A stretch of DNA of 26,891 bases. Source: an uncultured bacterium. Its GTDB lineage: Bacteria; Abyssobacteria; SURF-5. The translations under genes and the position numbers were made by a program. The notes beneath the pieces were generated by a model that did no database searches, was not told where the DNA came from, and worked only from the letters and a program-made list of their open reading frames with translations. The stretch covers positions 1-26,891 of the forward strand of contig CAZSKP010000050.1 of assembly GCA_964607485.1 (NCBI GenBank), written 5' to 3'. Of this stretch, positions 17,641 through 26,890 are shown one piece after another (positions within the stretch are counted from its first letter, which is position 1; the number at the start of each line of letters is the position of its first letter).

Positions 17641-18239
17641 TGGGTGGCATCCTTGAGATACAATTCGATCAGCCGCTTCGTCATGCGTGACATATTCTTG
17701 AGATTGATGTTGCTCGGGTCCATGTCCCACTGCAGCGAAACGCCATCCTGTATCGCCACGATCATGGTGGCGAGCTCTTTCGTCCGGGCCGATGTGAGTC
17801 CCGCTGATTTGCCCGTCTCGGTGAGAAGTCTGATCATGCCGTTGCGGAACCGCTGGTAATACTTGGTAAAACTCCTGCGAACCTTCTCGTTCCGTCTGCC
17901 CTCCGCCCAGCAGTCATAGAAAAAGGCCGTGTTCTCATCTGACATTGCGTAGGGGCTGAAGAGAAAATCGACCGCCCTGTTAAAGCGAGTCTGGGGATTC
18001 TTGCAACGGCTGATTTCGGCCAGGTAGCGAACGGAAATATCATCAACAAATGTATCGACCATTTCTTCTATTATCTCGTCGCGGTCTTTGAAATAATGGT
18101 GCAGAATACCCGATTGAACCCCTGCTTCCTGAGCTATCCTCTTGACGGTGCTCTTCTGAAGTCCATGTTTCGATATGCATTGATAAAGGGCCTTAACGAT
18201 CTGGGAGCGCCTTTCGTCAGCCAGGCTTTTTCTTCCCAT
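17637..18239 (-). CDS. TetR-family transcriptional regulator, BetI-like
   Basis: MGRKSLADERRSQIV and HTH TVKRIAQEAGVQSGILHHYFKDRDEI; C-terminal AIQDGVSL; RBS GGAGG. Confidence 0.92.
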   Translation of the reverse strand: MGRKSLADERRSQIVKALYQCISKHGLQKSTVKRIAQEAGVQSGILHHYFKDRDEIIEEMVDTFVDDISVRYLAEISRCKNPQTRFNRAVDFLFSPYAMSDENTAFFYDCWAEGRRNEKVRRSFTKYYQRFRNGMIRLLTETGKSAGLTSARTKELATMIVAIQDGVSLQWDMDPSNINLKNMSRMTKRLIELYLKDATQ

Positions 18240-18265
18240 GCGTTTCCTCCCCCCGTTTAGATAGG

Positions 18266-18281
18266 TTGGTTAAGAAACCAA
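18266..18281. promoter_or_regulatory. Putative TetR operator (inverted repeat)
   Basis: TTGGTT-AAGA-AACCAA palindrome overlapping the -10 and likely start site of the tetR promoter. Confidence 0.65.
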
Positions 18282-18308
18282 TATATAGCGTGCATTCTGT
18301 GTTGTCAA
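18280..18308 (-). promoter_or_regulatory. Sigma70-type promoter of the tetR-MFS operon
   Basis: Minus strand TTGACA (18308-18303), 17-nt spacer, TATATT (18285-18280). Confidence 0.75.
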
Positions 18309-18528
18309 TCAATAGAGTGGGGGAAGGCTTCTTTCAGGATGAAAAACGGGATGAGTGGGAGGGGCACAGTGTGATCTTCTTGGGACAATTTCGAGGAGTG
18401 AGAAACGGTCAAGAGTTGAAAACGAAGACTTCACTCACCAAGAGCGATATTTGAACGACCGGAGTGGTGGAAGTTATACTGCGAGGGTGGAAGGAAAAGC
18501 GAAACTTTGGACGATTACCCTCCACATT

Positions 18529-19812
18529 CTAGGGCTGGCTGAGTATTCGCCCCGCAAGCCCCAGAAGTCTGGGATAATCCTGACACGTCTTGTGGGTCAC
18601 ACACTTATAGCAAGAAAAATCAGAGTCGATGCCTCCCGGGTATCTCTGGTACATTCCAAACTCTTCCATGAGCCTCGTTCTCTCCCAACCCAGCTTCAGA
18701 TAGAATGCGGTCGCGGGCAGTTCCATGCCGGCGTATTTGGTGCCTCTGGCTTTGGTCAGAAAGCCGAATATCGGCACAATGCCATGACTCAGCAATGAAG
18801 CATACGCTTCCAGATGAGAATCGACGGTCCGCTCCAATCCCCTGAACTCCTTGGAACATATCTCGGCGCCCGCAACGAAGTTTGTGGCTACTTCTCCCAT
18901 GCCGAAGATATCAACGGCGACTTTCAATCGTTCTATCCATTCCGTTCTGCCCAGCGCCTTTGTTTTGCCCGGTACGATCTCAGGCCAGAATCGCTCGTCC
19001 CAAACCTCCAGGTTCGGCTGCACTCGGCTTGCGCCTGCTTTTTTCAACAGCAGCCATCCCGCTTCGTCGAACGCCTGACAGACGGCTGTGATTCTCGGCT
19101 TCGGGCCGACGGCCTTGCGGAGGGCCGATATGGTTTTGGCATATGATTTGGCTTCCAATCCAGTATTGATAAATGCGCCGCCGCTGACGACGATATGGTA
19201 GATATCTATCTCCTGCGAAGCGAGCGCGCAGGCTTCTATGCTTCGACTCGGTGTGGGCAGCTCCTCTGCGGAAATATCCGCCAGCGTGAGACCGGACATG
19301 GTATTGCCGAGGAAACAGAAGGAGCATTGGTCGTTATTCTTGGCGTACTCGCAGAAGATCGAATGCGCCATCGCCACGCATCCCTCGGCCCTTTGGCCGA
19401 GGGCATCATAGATGGGAGAGCCGTCTGCAAAATTGTGCTTGAATTCCGGTCGTCGCGGAAAGGAGACTCCGGCCACGGGGTTGCCGTGGCGGCAGAGCGA
19501 GTAACGGGATTCTCCCTCTTTGCGAATGGTGTAGGGGCTTGCGCGGTCGAGTTCCATATTGATGCGGGTATCGTTTTCAAGAATCATCTGGTTGGGAACG
19601 CAAAGGGTAAAGTCGAGCGACTCCGCATCTGGCACATCTTCTCTGCTGAGGAACGCACCGCTGGGGATGGCCCACTTCCCGATCTCTCCGAGTTCATCCG
19701 TATATCGCACGCCCTCTCTCAATACGTCCGCTTTGAGGATGATGCTGTCGGGGGTCTCGGGAAATTGTTGCTTCAACTCCAATAAGTGTGTATCCGAAAA
19801 GGATTGCTCCAT
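18529..19812 (-). CDS. Radical SAM protein with CX8CX2C motif (NikJ/PolH-like family)
   Basis: CEYAKNNDQCSFC, VSGG, NLEVWD, VPGK and NFVAGAE; C-terminal CYKC; RBS AAGGAG. Confidence 0.8.
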   Translation of the reverse strand: MEQSFSDTHLLELKQQFPETPDSIILKADVLREGVRYTDELGEIGKWAIPSGAFLSREDVPDAESLDFTLCVPNQMILENDTRINMELDRASPYTIRKEGESRYSLCRHGNPVAGVSFPRRPEFKHNFADGSPIYDALGQRAEGCVAMAHSIFCEYAKNNDQCSFCFLGNTMSGLTLADISAEELPTPSRSIEACALASQEIDIYHIVVSGGAFINTGLEAKSYAKTISALRKAVGPKPRITAVCQAFDEAGWLLLKKAGASRVQPNLEVWDERFWPEIVPGKTKALGRTEWIERLKVAVDIFGMGEVATNFVAGAEICSKEFRGLERTVDSHLEAYASLLSHGIVPIFGFLTKARGTKYAGMELPATAFYLKLGWERTRLMEEFGMYQRYPGGIDSDFSCYKCVTHKTCQDYPRLLGLAGRILSQP

Positions 19813-20187
19813 GATAGAATCTCCTTTTTCCTCAGTCTTCGGTAACAGCGACGGACCCCGTATCGCGATTTATCAGCCGTGGATAATCCTGGGCGAATTG
19901 CATGCTTCGACAGTAATAGCAGTATAATTCCAGTGTCGGCGGGTCCATGCCGAGTCGCGGGAATCTCAAATCGCGGTACATACCGTGCTTCATACGCAAT
20001 TGATGGAGCCCATTGCCGAGTTCGAGGAAGTATTCGGCCTGAGGCGCGTTTGCCCAATCGAACAGGGGGATCCAGACTTTCCGGCAGCCGGGAAAGTAAA
20101 GGCTCGAACAATTATTCTCGGGAAATATTCCTTCCGCTCATGTTCTGGCTGAGTATTGGCCGCTGGGAAATGCGCCACATATAAATA

Positions 20188-21462
20188 CTACGTGAACCAG
20201 GTCGGCCGCTTTGCAAGCCAATTCTCAACAGTGCCGCGGAGCCAATCCTCAAGGTCTTTCTGAATATAGAACCTCGGGAAAAGAAGCTCGTCCTCCGATT
20301 CTATAATTCCTTCTTCCATGGCGTTCCTTGCCAGGGCTGTATTCGGATAAATTCGGATGCCAACGGTGATCTTTAGCATCTCCAAGCCCAGTGAATCTGC
20401 GAAGCGGAAGCTTTCTTCGACTGTTTCCTTTGTTTCGCCGGGCCCTCCGAACAGGAGGAATCCCGTTCGCCGGACCTTGTATTTCTTAAATAAATCAGAA
20501 GTGTGACGAACATCTTCCGGCCTGAATCTTTTATTCAAAGAGCTGAGCATCTGTTCGCTTCCGCTCTCAGAACCCAATGAAACTTCCCTGCATCCCGCCC
20601 CTGACATGTTTTTCACAAGTTCCTCGTTGAGTTTCACGGGATATATTATGCATCTCCAGGATATTCCCAATTCACTCGACAGCATCTGTTGACATAGCTC
20701 GCCCGCATACGAAGGGGGAAGATTAAAAGTGTTATCGGTGAAATAGAAGCGTTTGAAACCTCTGTCGAAATGGCTTTTCATCCACTGCACAACAATCTCC
20801 GGAGAACGCTTTCTGAGTCTTCTGCCTTCTATCGTTGCGGTTGAGCAGTAGCTGCAATCCATCGAACATCCACGCCTCGTCTGAACCGGCATCCAGAAAT
20901 CCGAATCCTCTGCATAGGATGGCTCCCATAGGTCGGGCGCCGGAAGAAGAAATTCGTCGAGGTTTTGAACATATGCTCTCTCCCCCTGGAGTCCTCGTCC
21001 GCGAAGATAGAGACCGGGAGTACCGGCAAGGGGAGAGTTGGTCTGTAACCTATCCAACAGCGTCACAAATGCCGCCTCTCCCTCGCCTTGAATTCCCATG
21101 TCCGCCCCCAGGTACTCAAGGGCGCGCTCTGGAAATATGCTGTATCCTGCTCCGCCAAGAACAATCGGGGCATTCGACAGGCTGCGACAATCAGAAAGCA
21201 CTCCTTTCACATGATCGAGGAGCAGCCTGGTCCCGTTCATTTTTTGATCGTCTATGTTTCGTATCGAGATGCCTATTACATCGGGCGAGAAACTCCCAAC
21301 AGCTTCTTTAACGGCCAGCTCTGGATCCTCTTTGGCCAGCAGATCAACCAGTTTTATCTCATGACCTGCCCGACGTGTCGCTTCGGCAACACACCCGATC
21401 CCGAGTGGCAAGGTCGGCATATTGATTCTTTCTGTGTTGGCAGAGATAAGAAGAACTTTCAA
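20188..21462 (-). CDS. Cobalamin-dependent (B12-binding) radical SAM protein
   Basis: N-terminal B12-binding Rossmann domain (PLGIGCVA, IGISIRNIDD, IVLGGAGYS, GEGE); QTRRGCSMDCSYC (CX3CX2C), FYFTDNTFN and LFGGPGET; TTG start. Confidence 0.9.
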   Translation of the reverse strand: MKVLLISANTERINMPTLPLGIGCVAEATRRAGHEIKLVDLLAKEDPELAVKEAVGSFSPDVIGISIRNIDDQKMNGTRLLLDHVKGVLSDCRSLSNAPIVLGGAGYSIFPERALEYLGADMGIQGEGEAAFVTLLDRLQTNSPLAGTPGLYLRGRGLQGERAYVQNLDEFLLPAPDLWEPSYAEDSDFWMPVQTRRGCSMDCSYCSTATIEGRRLRKRSPEIVVQWMKSHFDRGFKRFYFTDNTFNLPPSYAGELCQQMLSSELGISWRCIIYPVKLNEELVKNMSGAGCREVSLGSESGSEQMLSSLNKRFRPEDVRHTSDLFKKYKVRRTGFLLFGGPGETKETVEESFRFADSLGLEMLKITVGIRIYPNTALARNAMEEGIIESEDELLFPRFYIQKDLEDWLRGTVENWLAKRPTWFT

Positions 21463-21833
21463 AACCCGAATTTCTCCGATTGTTTATTCAACGGTTCGCT
21501 GCTTTAGAGTATATCACAGCGGTTGCCTTGCGAGGGTCTGGGCGAGATGACCAGACGGGCCCAAGACTTTGTCTTTACGGGAGCCAGACTTCCATATTGA
21601 AATGCGGGTATTCTTGACTCCCCTTAACCCGATGCATGGGTATCGGCCGGCTGAAGACTATCATGGTCAAGGGGGTCTCCGACGAATCTCATCTCGTCGA
21701 TATCATTCCCGAGCACTAATGGAGCGGATGCGTCCTGGCGCATCGCGTTCAGTTGTCTTAGGCAAAGAGGAGGGATGACGGGTGGATTCCGAGCCAATAA
21801 CAATAGAGCGCTTCTTGCCCAGATATACTCCCG

Positions 21834-23519
21834 TTAATTTGTCAAAACCTCGTACGCGATGATTATCTTCCTTTTCCCTTCTCGCCACGTCCCCAACTGA
21901 CGCAACGAGTGTCCAGCGACGGCATTCATCTCAGCACGGTCCTTTGATTGAAGGAATACGTAATGGTCACCCTTACCCGAGAGAAAATTGTGGAGGGATT
22001 TATCATCCCATATGTGAGTCACGGCGCGATCTGATTTGAAGTCCAATAGTTCGGACTCCGTTCGGTAATCGACGACACGGGCTCCAACGGGCAGAAGCGC
22101 GTCAATGTTCCGTATTGCAACAATCTCTTGATTATCTGAGGATAGCTCGTACTTGATAGGGTGCCATGCCACAGCCGTGATAAAAACAGTTGAGACAAGC
22201 GACCAGACGGCCGCCGCTCTTCTTGCGTGCCATGAAGCTCTCGCGCCGTAGGCTCCCAACGCCGCAATCAGCAGGCATACGAGAGAAGTAATGAGCTTGG
22301 CAGCGGGCATCAGCCAAACGAGAATGATGGAAGCGGCAAGACCGCCTATCGCGAACCCGCCCAGGATAATGAAGAGAGGCTGACGGACGAGCCAATACGC
22401 GACACGCGAAGAACCTGCAACCTGTCCGGCGTTATCTCCATCTGCTGCATCACTACCCTCCCCCTGACGAGCGAGGAACATACCTATGAACAATGCCCAG
22501 AGAGGCAGAATAGGCAGCATGTAATGGTCGCGCTTGTTGGGAAAGACAGTCATTATGACAAGGCCTATTATAAGGATCAGCGGTGCAATCAAAACGTATG
22601 TATGCTCTCTCCGTCTGAATCTACGCACAAATGAGTAGCTTGCGGCGATTCCAAATATGCTCCACGGCAGCGTCATTGCAAAGAGATGCTCAATATAGAA
22701 CAAGGGCCATTGCCGATGCTGATGAAGACTGTCTTTGAGCTGATATGCCAGAAGCGCTCCCAAATACCCTCTCGAGTGAAGTTTCACCTCCAATCCCCAC
22801 AGGAACGGGAGCACACATATGAGAACCACGGCGATTGCCAGAAAGGTTACCGACGGCATCCAATTGCCCCGATGATATCGCCACATAACGACTACCATTA
22901 TCACAAAGAAGAAGATTGCCTGGGGCCCCTTCGAGAGTGTGGCCATTCCGATCAGCAAACAGGCAGCCGCCCAATAGGCCCATGCCGCCAACGACCTTCG
23001 CGAGTCCGCGGCAAGGACGGCAAGCACGAACCCATAGAAAATGAAACAAGCCAGCATCATGTCGGCTCGAGCGATCCGTCCCCACTCGCAAATGAGCGGC
23101 ATTGTCAACCAGACGGCAGATGCCAGGAATCCGGCAGTGGCATTCTGCCAGCGGCACCCCAACCAGTAAACGCCGAGCGCGATCAGCACGGCAGAGACTG
23201 CACTTGGCAGACGGGCAAGGGTGAAATTGATGTGTCTCGTCACACGAAAGAGTAAAGCAACCGTCCAGTTAAACAGAGGAGGCTTCATGCTGTATGGTTT
23301 TCCCAAAAGGGTGGGGATCAGGTAGTGTCCGTCTTCCAACATCTCTTTCGCAATCTCCGCATGTCTCACTTCTCGACTGAAGAAATGCTTTTCCTGACCG
23401 AGCAATGGGAGGAATATTGCCGATCCCATGAGAATCAGTACGATAATCTGTGCCACGTGGAAACGAAGAGCTTTCATGGAAGAATAAGAACTCCTCGAAA
23501 AGAACTGGTTAACGCGCAC
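21834..23519 (-). CDS. ArnT/PMT-like GT-C family membrane glycosyltransferase
   Basis: EVRHAEIAKEM, KPPLFNW, ARLPSA, RIARADM, LSKGP, LPWS and KRDHYMLP; many TM segments. Alternative ATG start at 23477. Confidence 0.87.
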   Translation of the reverse strand: MRVNQFFSRSSYSSMKALRFHVAQIIVLILMGSAIFLPLLGQEKHFFSREVRHAEIAKEMLEDGHYLIPTLLGKPYSMKPPLFNWTVALLFRVTRHINFTLARLPSAVSAVLIALGVYWLGCRWQNATAGFLASAVWLTMPLICEWGRIARADMMLACFIFYGFVLAVLAADSRRSLAAWAYWAAACLLIGMATLSKGPQAIFFFVIMVVVMWRYHRGNWMPSVTFLAIAVVLICVLPFLWGLEVKLHSRGYLGALLAYQLKDSLHQHRQWPLFYIEHLFAMTLPWSIFGIAASYSFVRRFRRREHTYVLIAPLILIIGLVIMTVFPNKRDHYMLPILPLWALFIGMFLARQGEGSDAADGDNAGQVAGSSRVAYWLVRQPLFIILGGFAIGGLAASIILVWLMPAAKLITSLVCLLIAALGAYGARASWHARRAAAVWSLVSTVFITAVAWHPIKYELSSDNQEIVAIRNIDALLPVGARVVDYRTESELLDFKSDRAVTHIWDDKSLHNFLSGKGDHYVFLQSKDRAEMNAVAGHSLRQLGTWREGKRKIIIAYEVLTN

Positions 23520-23680
23520 ACCCTTAATTATGCACTAATTTAACGATGTCTGCCTAGCCAGCAAAGGCAATTGAAGAAAAATTTCTTTCTCGGTCTCAAG
23601 GAAATGACAAAATGTCGCCTGTCGAACCGATATAAAACCTTCGCTTGCTTGCGGTTGAAAAGGAACACGGCCAAAGTTAC

Positions 23681-23714
23681 AGGGCGCCGCCTCCGCCCCC
23701 GGAAGCGACGCCCT
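23681..23714 (-). terminator. Strong hairpin, probable terminator after the secreted-protein gene
   Basis: Minus strand AGGGCGTCGCTTCCG-GGGG-CGGAGGCGGCGCCCT forms a 15-bp stem fully paired only on this strand (G-U wobbles); the U-tail is weak. Confidence 0.55.
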
Positions 23715-23732
23715 TTTCGAAGGCAAGGTTGC

Positions 23733-24755
23733 TCAAGGAGTAGTCATATCAATGAGTTCGACACGCTCTCCGGTATCCGGATTTGTTTCAAGCACCGCAC
23801 CAATACCGGGGGCATAGTACTTGAATTCGACGACATCGGGTTCTACGGGCGAAAAGTCTCTCGTCTTCAGGACATCAACGGAAAATGCGCCGAAGGGAAC
23901 GTTCACAGATTCTTCGCCCCTGTTTTCCACTGCGGCCATGTCTTCCGCCTCGCCGAGGGCAAATTCCTGACGATAGATATCCCCTTCCTGCGGATCGGCC
24001 AGCATGATGTAACCCGGCTTGGCAAAGTCCTTCCCTGCCATCCAGGAGCCGTCGATGTTGTCGAGTAAGCCACCCTCGAAACTCAGCGATATTTCACCGA
24101 AATACCAGACATTGCCGAGCGTGTCCTGCGCATACCAGTCATCTGTGTCTTCGACTAGCGTCTCTTCGCCTCCTTCACCGATCTCCCAGACTCTGTCATG
24201 AACAACGACGCAGTTGACACCCAGGATTTCCTTCGACTCGAACAGGACCTCGGTCAGGATTCTTTCAATGGGATTCCCGTCGCCATCCACGGTAATGTAC
24301 TGCCAGATAGTTCCCGGCACCAGGGGAAAATATTGGTTGGGGACAAGACTCTCTTCTCCGTTGACGACAGCCTTGAAGTCAACGAAATTGCCCGGATTGA
24401 CTACCGGATCGTAGGGGCCTCCGCCCAGCTCCTCGCAAATCTCCGACCGAGCGTCTTCTTGCTCTTCGCACAATTCTTTGGATTCCAAAAGTTCTTCTGC
24501 GGCGGCTTTCATGCAGTCGTCCCTGGCAGCCGGGTCGGAGAGGTTCATGCAGTTTCCGAAAGTGATCCAATAATTATCCTGTATGTCGTTCTTGCATGCC
24601 TTATGTGCGGCCTCTGCCGTTTTGGTACAGGCGTTATCCTGGTTGTCGCGATTTTCATCATTATCGCGATGCTCATATGCCAATGCGGAACTGCTGCTCA
24701 GGCAGAGCACCGCGACGATCAGCGCCACGATTGATTTGCTGAAAATGCTTTTCAT
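23733..24755 (-). CDS. Secreted uncharacterised protein with Cys-rich N-terminal helical region and acidic beta-rich C-terminal domain
   Basis: Sec signal MKSIFSKSIVALIVAVLCLSSSSALA; six Cys in the mature N-terminal part; NQYFPLVPG, DWYAQDTLGNVWYFGE and YAPGIG; RBS GAGAGG before ATG 24755. Confidence 0.82.
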   Translation of the reverse strand: MKSIFSKSIVALIVAVLCLSSSSALAYEHRDNDENRDNQDNACTKTAEAAHKACKNDIQDNYWITFGNCMNLSDPAARDDCMKAAAEELLESKELCEEQEDARSEICEELGGGPYDPVVNPGNFVDFKAVVNGEESLVPNQYFPLVPGTIWQYITVDGDGNPIERILTEVLFESKEILGVNCVVVHDRVWEIGEGGEETLVEDTDDWYAQDTLGNVWYFGEISLSFEGGLLDNIDGSWMAGKDFAKPGYIMLADPQEGDIYRQEFALGEAEDMAAVENRGEESVNVPFGAFSVDVLKTRDFSPVEPDVVEFKYYAPGIGAVLETNPDTGERVELIDMTTP

Positions 24756-25015
24756 CTGGATACCTCTCTTTGAAGACAAACCTTCACACAAATTACCAGA
24801 CAAGAAGATATGCCGAGCTCACCCCTATTGTTTTCACCCCCCCCTTTGTTAAACGCAGACCATCCACTTACTGGAGAGCAGTGACCCCGGTCCAAGAAAA
24901 TGAGTTAATCCAGTTTTCTTCTCCGGCGCAACTTGCATGGTTTCCGGTGGAACCATTCGCAAATAGTCATGCTCTCGTAAATGGTGCTTCAATGCATAGA
25001 ACTATTGTTACGTCA

Positions 25016-25069
25016 ATTATAGGAATGGAGGTTAACTGGAAGATTGCCGGATTATTATCATTTGGTAAT
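25016..25069 (-). promoter_or_regulatory. Putative activator-dependent promoter with CusR/CopR-like box
   Basis: Minus-strand TATAAT at 25021-25016, no consensus -35, and an imperfect palindrome ATTACCAAATGATAAT at 25069-25054. Confidence 0.5.
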
Positions 25070-25098
25070 GATGCTTGATGTAACGGGAGGCGATACAA

Positions 25099-26511
25099 TT
25101 AGAGGGGAGACGACATGGGGATGAAGACGGAAAATATGCTTCCCTTGCCTGGCTTGCTTGTCACGGTAATCTTGCCGCCGAGGGCCTTGGCAACGGCCTG
25201 AGCCAAGCTCAGTCCCAGGCCGGTTCCCGGCTGGGATCGGCTCTGGTCGCATCGATAGAATCGTCCAAATACGTGGGGGAGGTCGTCTTCGGAAATTCCG
25301 ATGCCCGAATCAGAGACAGAGAAAACAACGTGCGCATCATCCTGCCCGACCGAAACGGTCACTCTTCCCCCAGACGGGGTATACTTGAGCGCATTGTCCA
25401 GTAGATTGGCAACCATTCGCTGCAATTTCAGCTTATCTCCGTAGATGAAAAAGGGTGAGTCGATGTCACACGTCATAGTGATGTTATTTGTTTCGGCCAC
25501 GGGCTGAAACAGGTCACAGGCATCTCGGGCCACTTGCGCCAAATCTATCTTCTCCGCGGAAAGCGTGCTCACCCCCGCCTCGATTTCCGTAATATCCAGC
25601 ATGGTGTTGATCATTCCCAGGAGCTGATCACATTCTTCAACAATGTTGGCTGCTATGGTTTCGTACTCGTCATTCGACGTGATATTGGTCAAGGCCATTT
25701 CCGCGCTGCCCCGGATTCTGGCGAGCGGGCTTCTCATGTCATGGGCGATATTGTCCGTTATCTCTCGCATCCCGACAATCAGGGCTTGAATACGATCGAG
25801 CATGTCGTTGAACATCGCTGCAAGCTTTTGTATCTCATCGTCTTTGGCCTTAACCGATACCCTCTTTTCCAGTTTTCCTCCGGAGATTTCCATGGCCGCT
25901 TGGGTCACCTGCTCAACATCCCGCAGAGCTCTTCTGGCCATAAACCATCCAACGACCCCGGCAAAGATGATGGTGACGGGGAAGGTCGCCCCAAAAATGT
26001 TTCGGAGAGCATCCATGAATTGCTCATCTTCTTCCATGGACTCACCTATCTGAAGGATAACGCCCGGACCGATTGCGCCGGATATGGTCCGGACGGGACA
26101 TTCCCGACCCGGGATCTCCAATACTTTGAATATGGGGTCGGAATGCGGAGTGAGGCCCCTGATTGCATCCGTATTTACACGTACGCCTCCCCACAACGAC
26201 ATATCCGACGTGGCGATCTCCTCACCTGCAGGAGTCAGAAGTCGGAGGAAGACCTTGTCCACACCGTCCGATTCGGCTTCGTGCGCGATCTCGCTCTTTA
26301 CCTCTTTGATCCCTTTGGAGTCAAGCAGGATGGAAAACTCCTTGATATCTGACATAAGGTCCTCGTCCCCCTTCTCCCGGAGTACCGAGCCTATCACGAG
26401 ATAGAAAACGAGAGCCGCTACCAGCGAAGATGCAGCAAAAACACTTGCATACCAAAGAGTTAACCTGAACGCCAAGGTATGTCTTATCCTATTCAGCTTC
26501 TTTGAGAACAT
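25099..26511 (-). CDS. Membrane sensor histidine kinase (HAMP-HisKA-HATPase), CusS/CopS-like
   Basis: Two TM segments, HAMP (DDEIQKLAAMFNDML), H-box AHDMRSPL, N-box NLLDNALKYT, DSGIGI and GTGLGL; ATG 26511 overlaps the response regulator end. Confidence 0.92.
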   Translation of the reverse strand: MFSKKLNRIRHTLAFRLTLWYASVFAASSLVAALVFYLVIGSVLREKGDEDLMSDIKEFSILLDSKGIKEVKSEIAHEAESDGVDKVFLRLLTPAGEEIATSDMSLWGGVRVNTDAIRGLTPHSDPIFKVLEIPGRECPVRTISGAIGPGVILQIGESMEEDEQFMDALRNIFGATFPVTIIFAGVVGWFMARRALRDVEQVTQAAMEISGGKLEKRVSVKAKDDEIQKLAAMFNDMLDRIQALIVGMREITDNIAHDMRSPLARIRGSAEMALTNITSNDEYETIAANIVEECDQLLGMINTMLDITEIEAGVSTLSAEKIDLAQVARDACDLFQPVAETNNITMTCDIDSPFFIYGDKLKLQRMVANLLDNALKYTPSGGRVTVSVGQDDAHVVFSVSDSGIGISEDDLPHVFGRFYRCDQSRSQPGTGLGLSLAQAVAKALGGKITVTSKPGKGSIFSVFIPMSSPL

Positions 26512-26890
26512 ATCCCACACCGCGAATTGTATGAATGAGCTTCGTCTCAAAATCCTTATCCACTTTATCTCTGAGCCGGCATATGCGCGCTTCCACCACA
26601 TTGGTCTGAGGGTCGAAATTGTAGTCCCAGACATGCTCCATGATCATGGTCTTGGAAACCACCCTTCCGGCATTTCGCAAGAGGTATTCCAGCAAGGCAA
26701 ACTCTCTGGGCTGCAGGTCGATTCTCCTGCCCCCTCGGGCTACCTCACGGGTCAGAAGGTTCATGGAGAGGTCGCCAAGCGAAAGCGCGGTAGGTTCCGC
26801 CGTCCCGCTGGCTCTTCGCATCAATGCCTGCAACCGGGCGAGAAGCTCTGAGAAAGCAAAGGGCTTGGTCAGGTAATCATCGCTGCCGGT
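26489..26890 (-). CDS. OmpR-family response regulator, CusR/CopR-like (5' end outside the window)
   Basis: The frame is open to the window edge: GSDDYLTKPFAFSELLARLQAL, LQPREFALLEYL, VWDYNFDPQTNVVE and IHTIRGVGY. Confidence 0.93.
   Translation of the reverse strand, partial: TGSDDYLTKPFAFSELLARLQALMRRASGTAEPTALSLGDLSMNLLTREVARGGRRIDLQPREFALLEYLLRNAGRVVSKTMIMEHVWDYNFDPQTNVVEARICRLRDKVDKDFETKLIHTIRGVGYVLKEAE

Noticed and set aside
19813-20187. Short ORFs, a hairpin (ACTTTCC...GGAAAGT near 20076-20097) and a possible cobalamin riboswitch in the gap between the radical SAM genes
   Set aside because: The ORFs lack RBS and motifs, the hairpin has no U-tail, and no B12-box or GCCCCCGCNACTGT-like core was seen.
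26512-26634. Extended N-terminus of the histidine kinase given in the ORF track
   Set aside because: It overlaps the response regulator extensively; ATG 26511 gives the typical short basic N-terminus before TM1.
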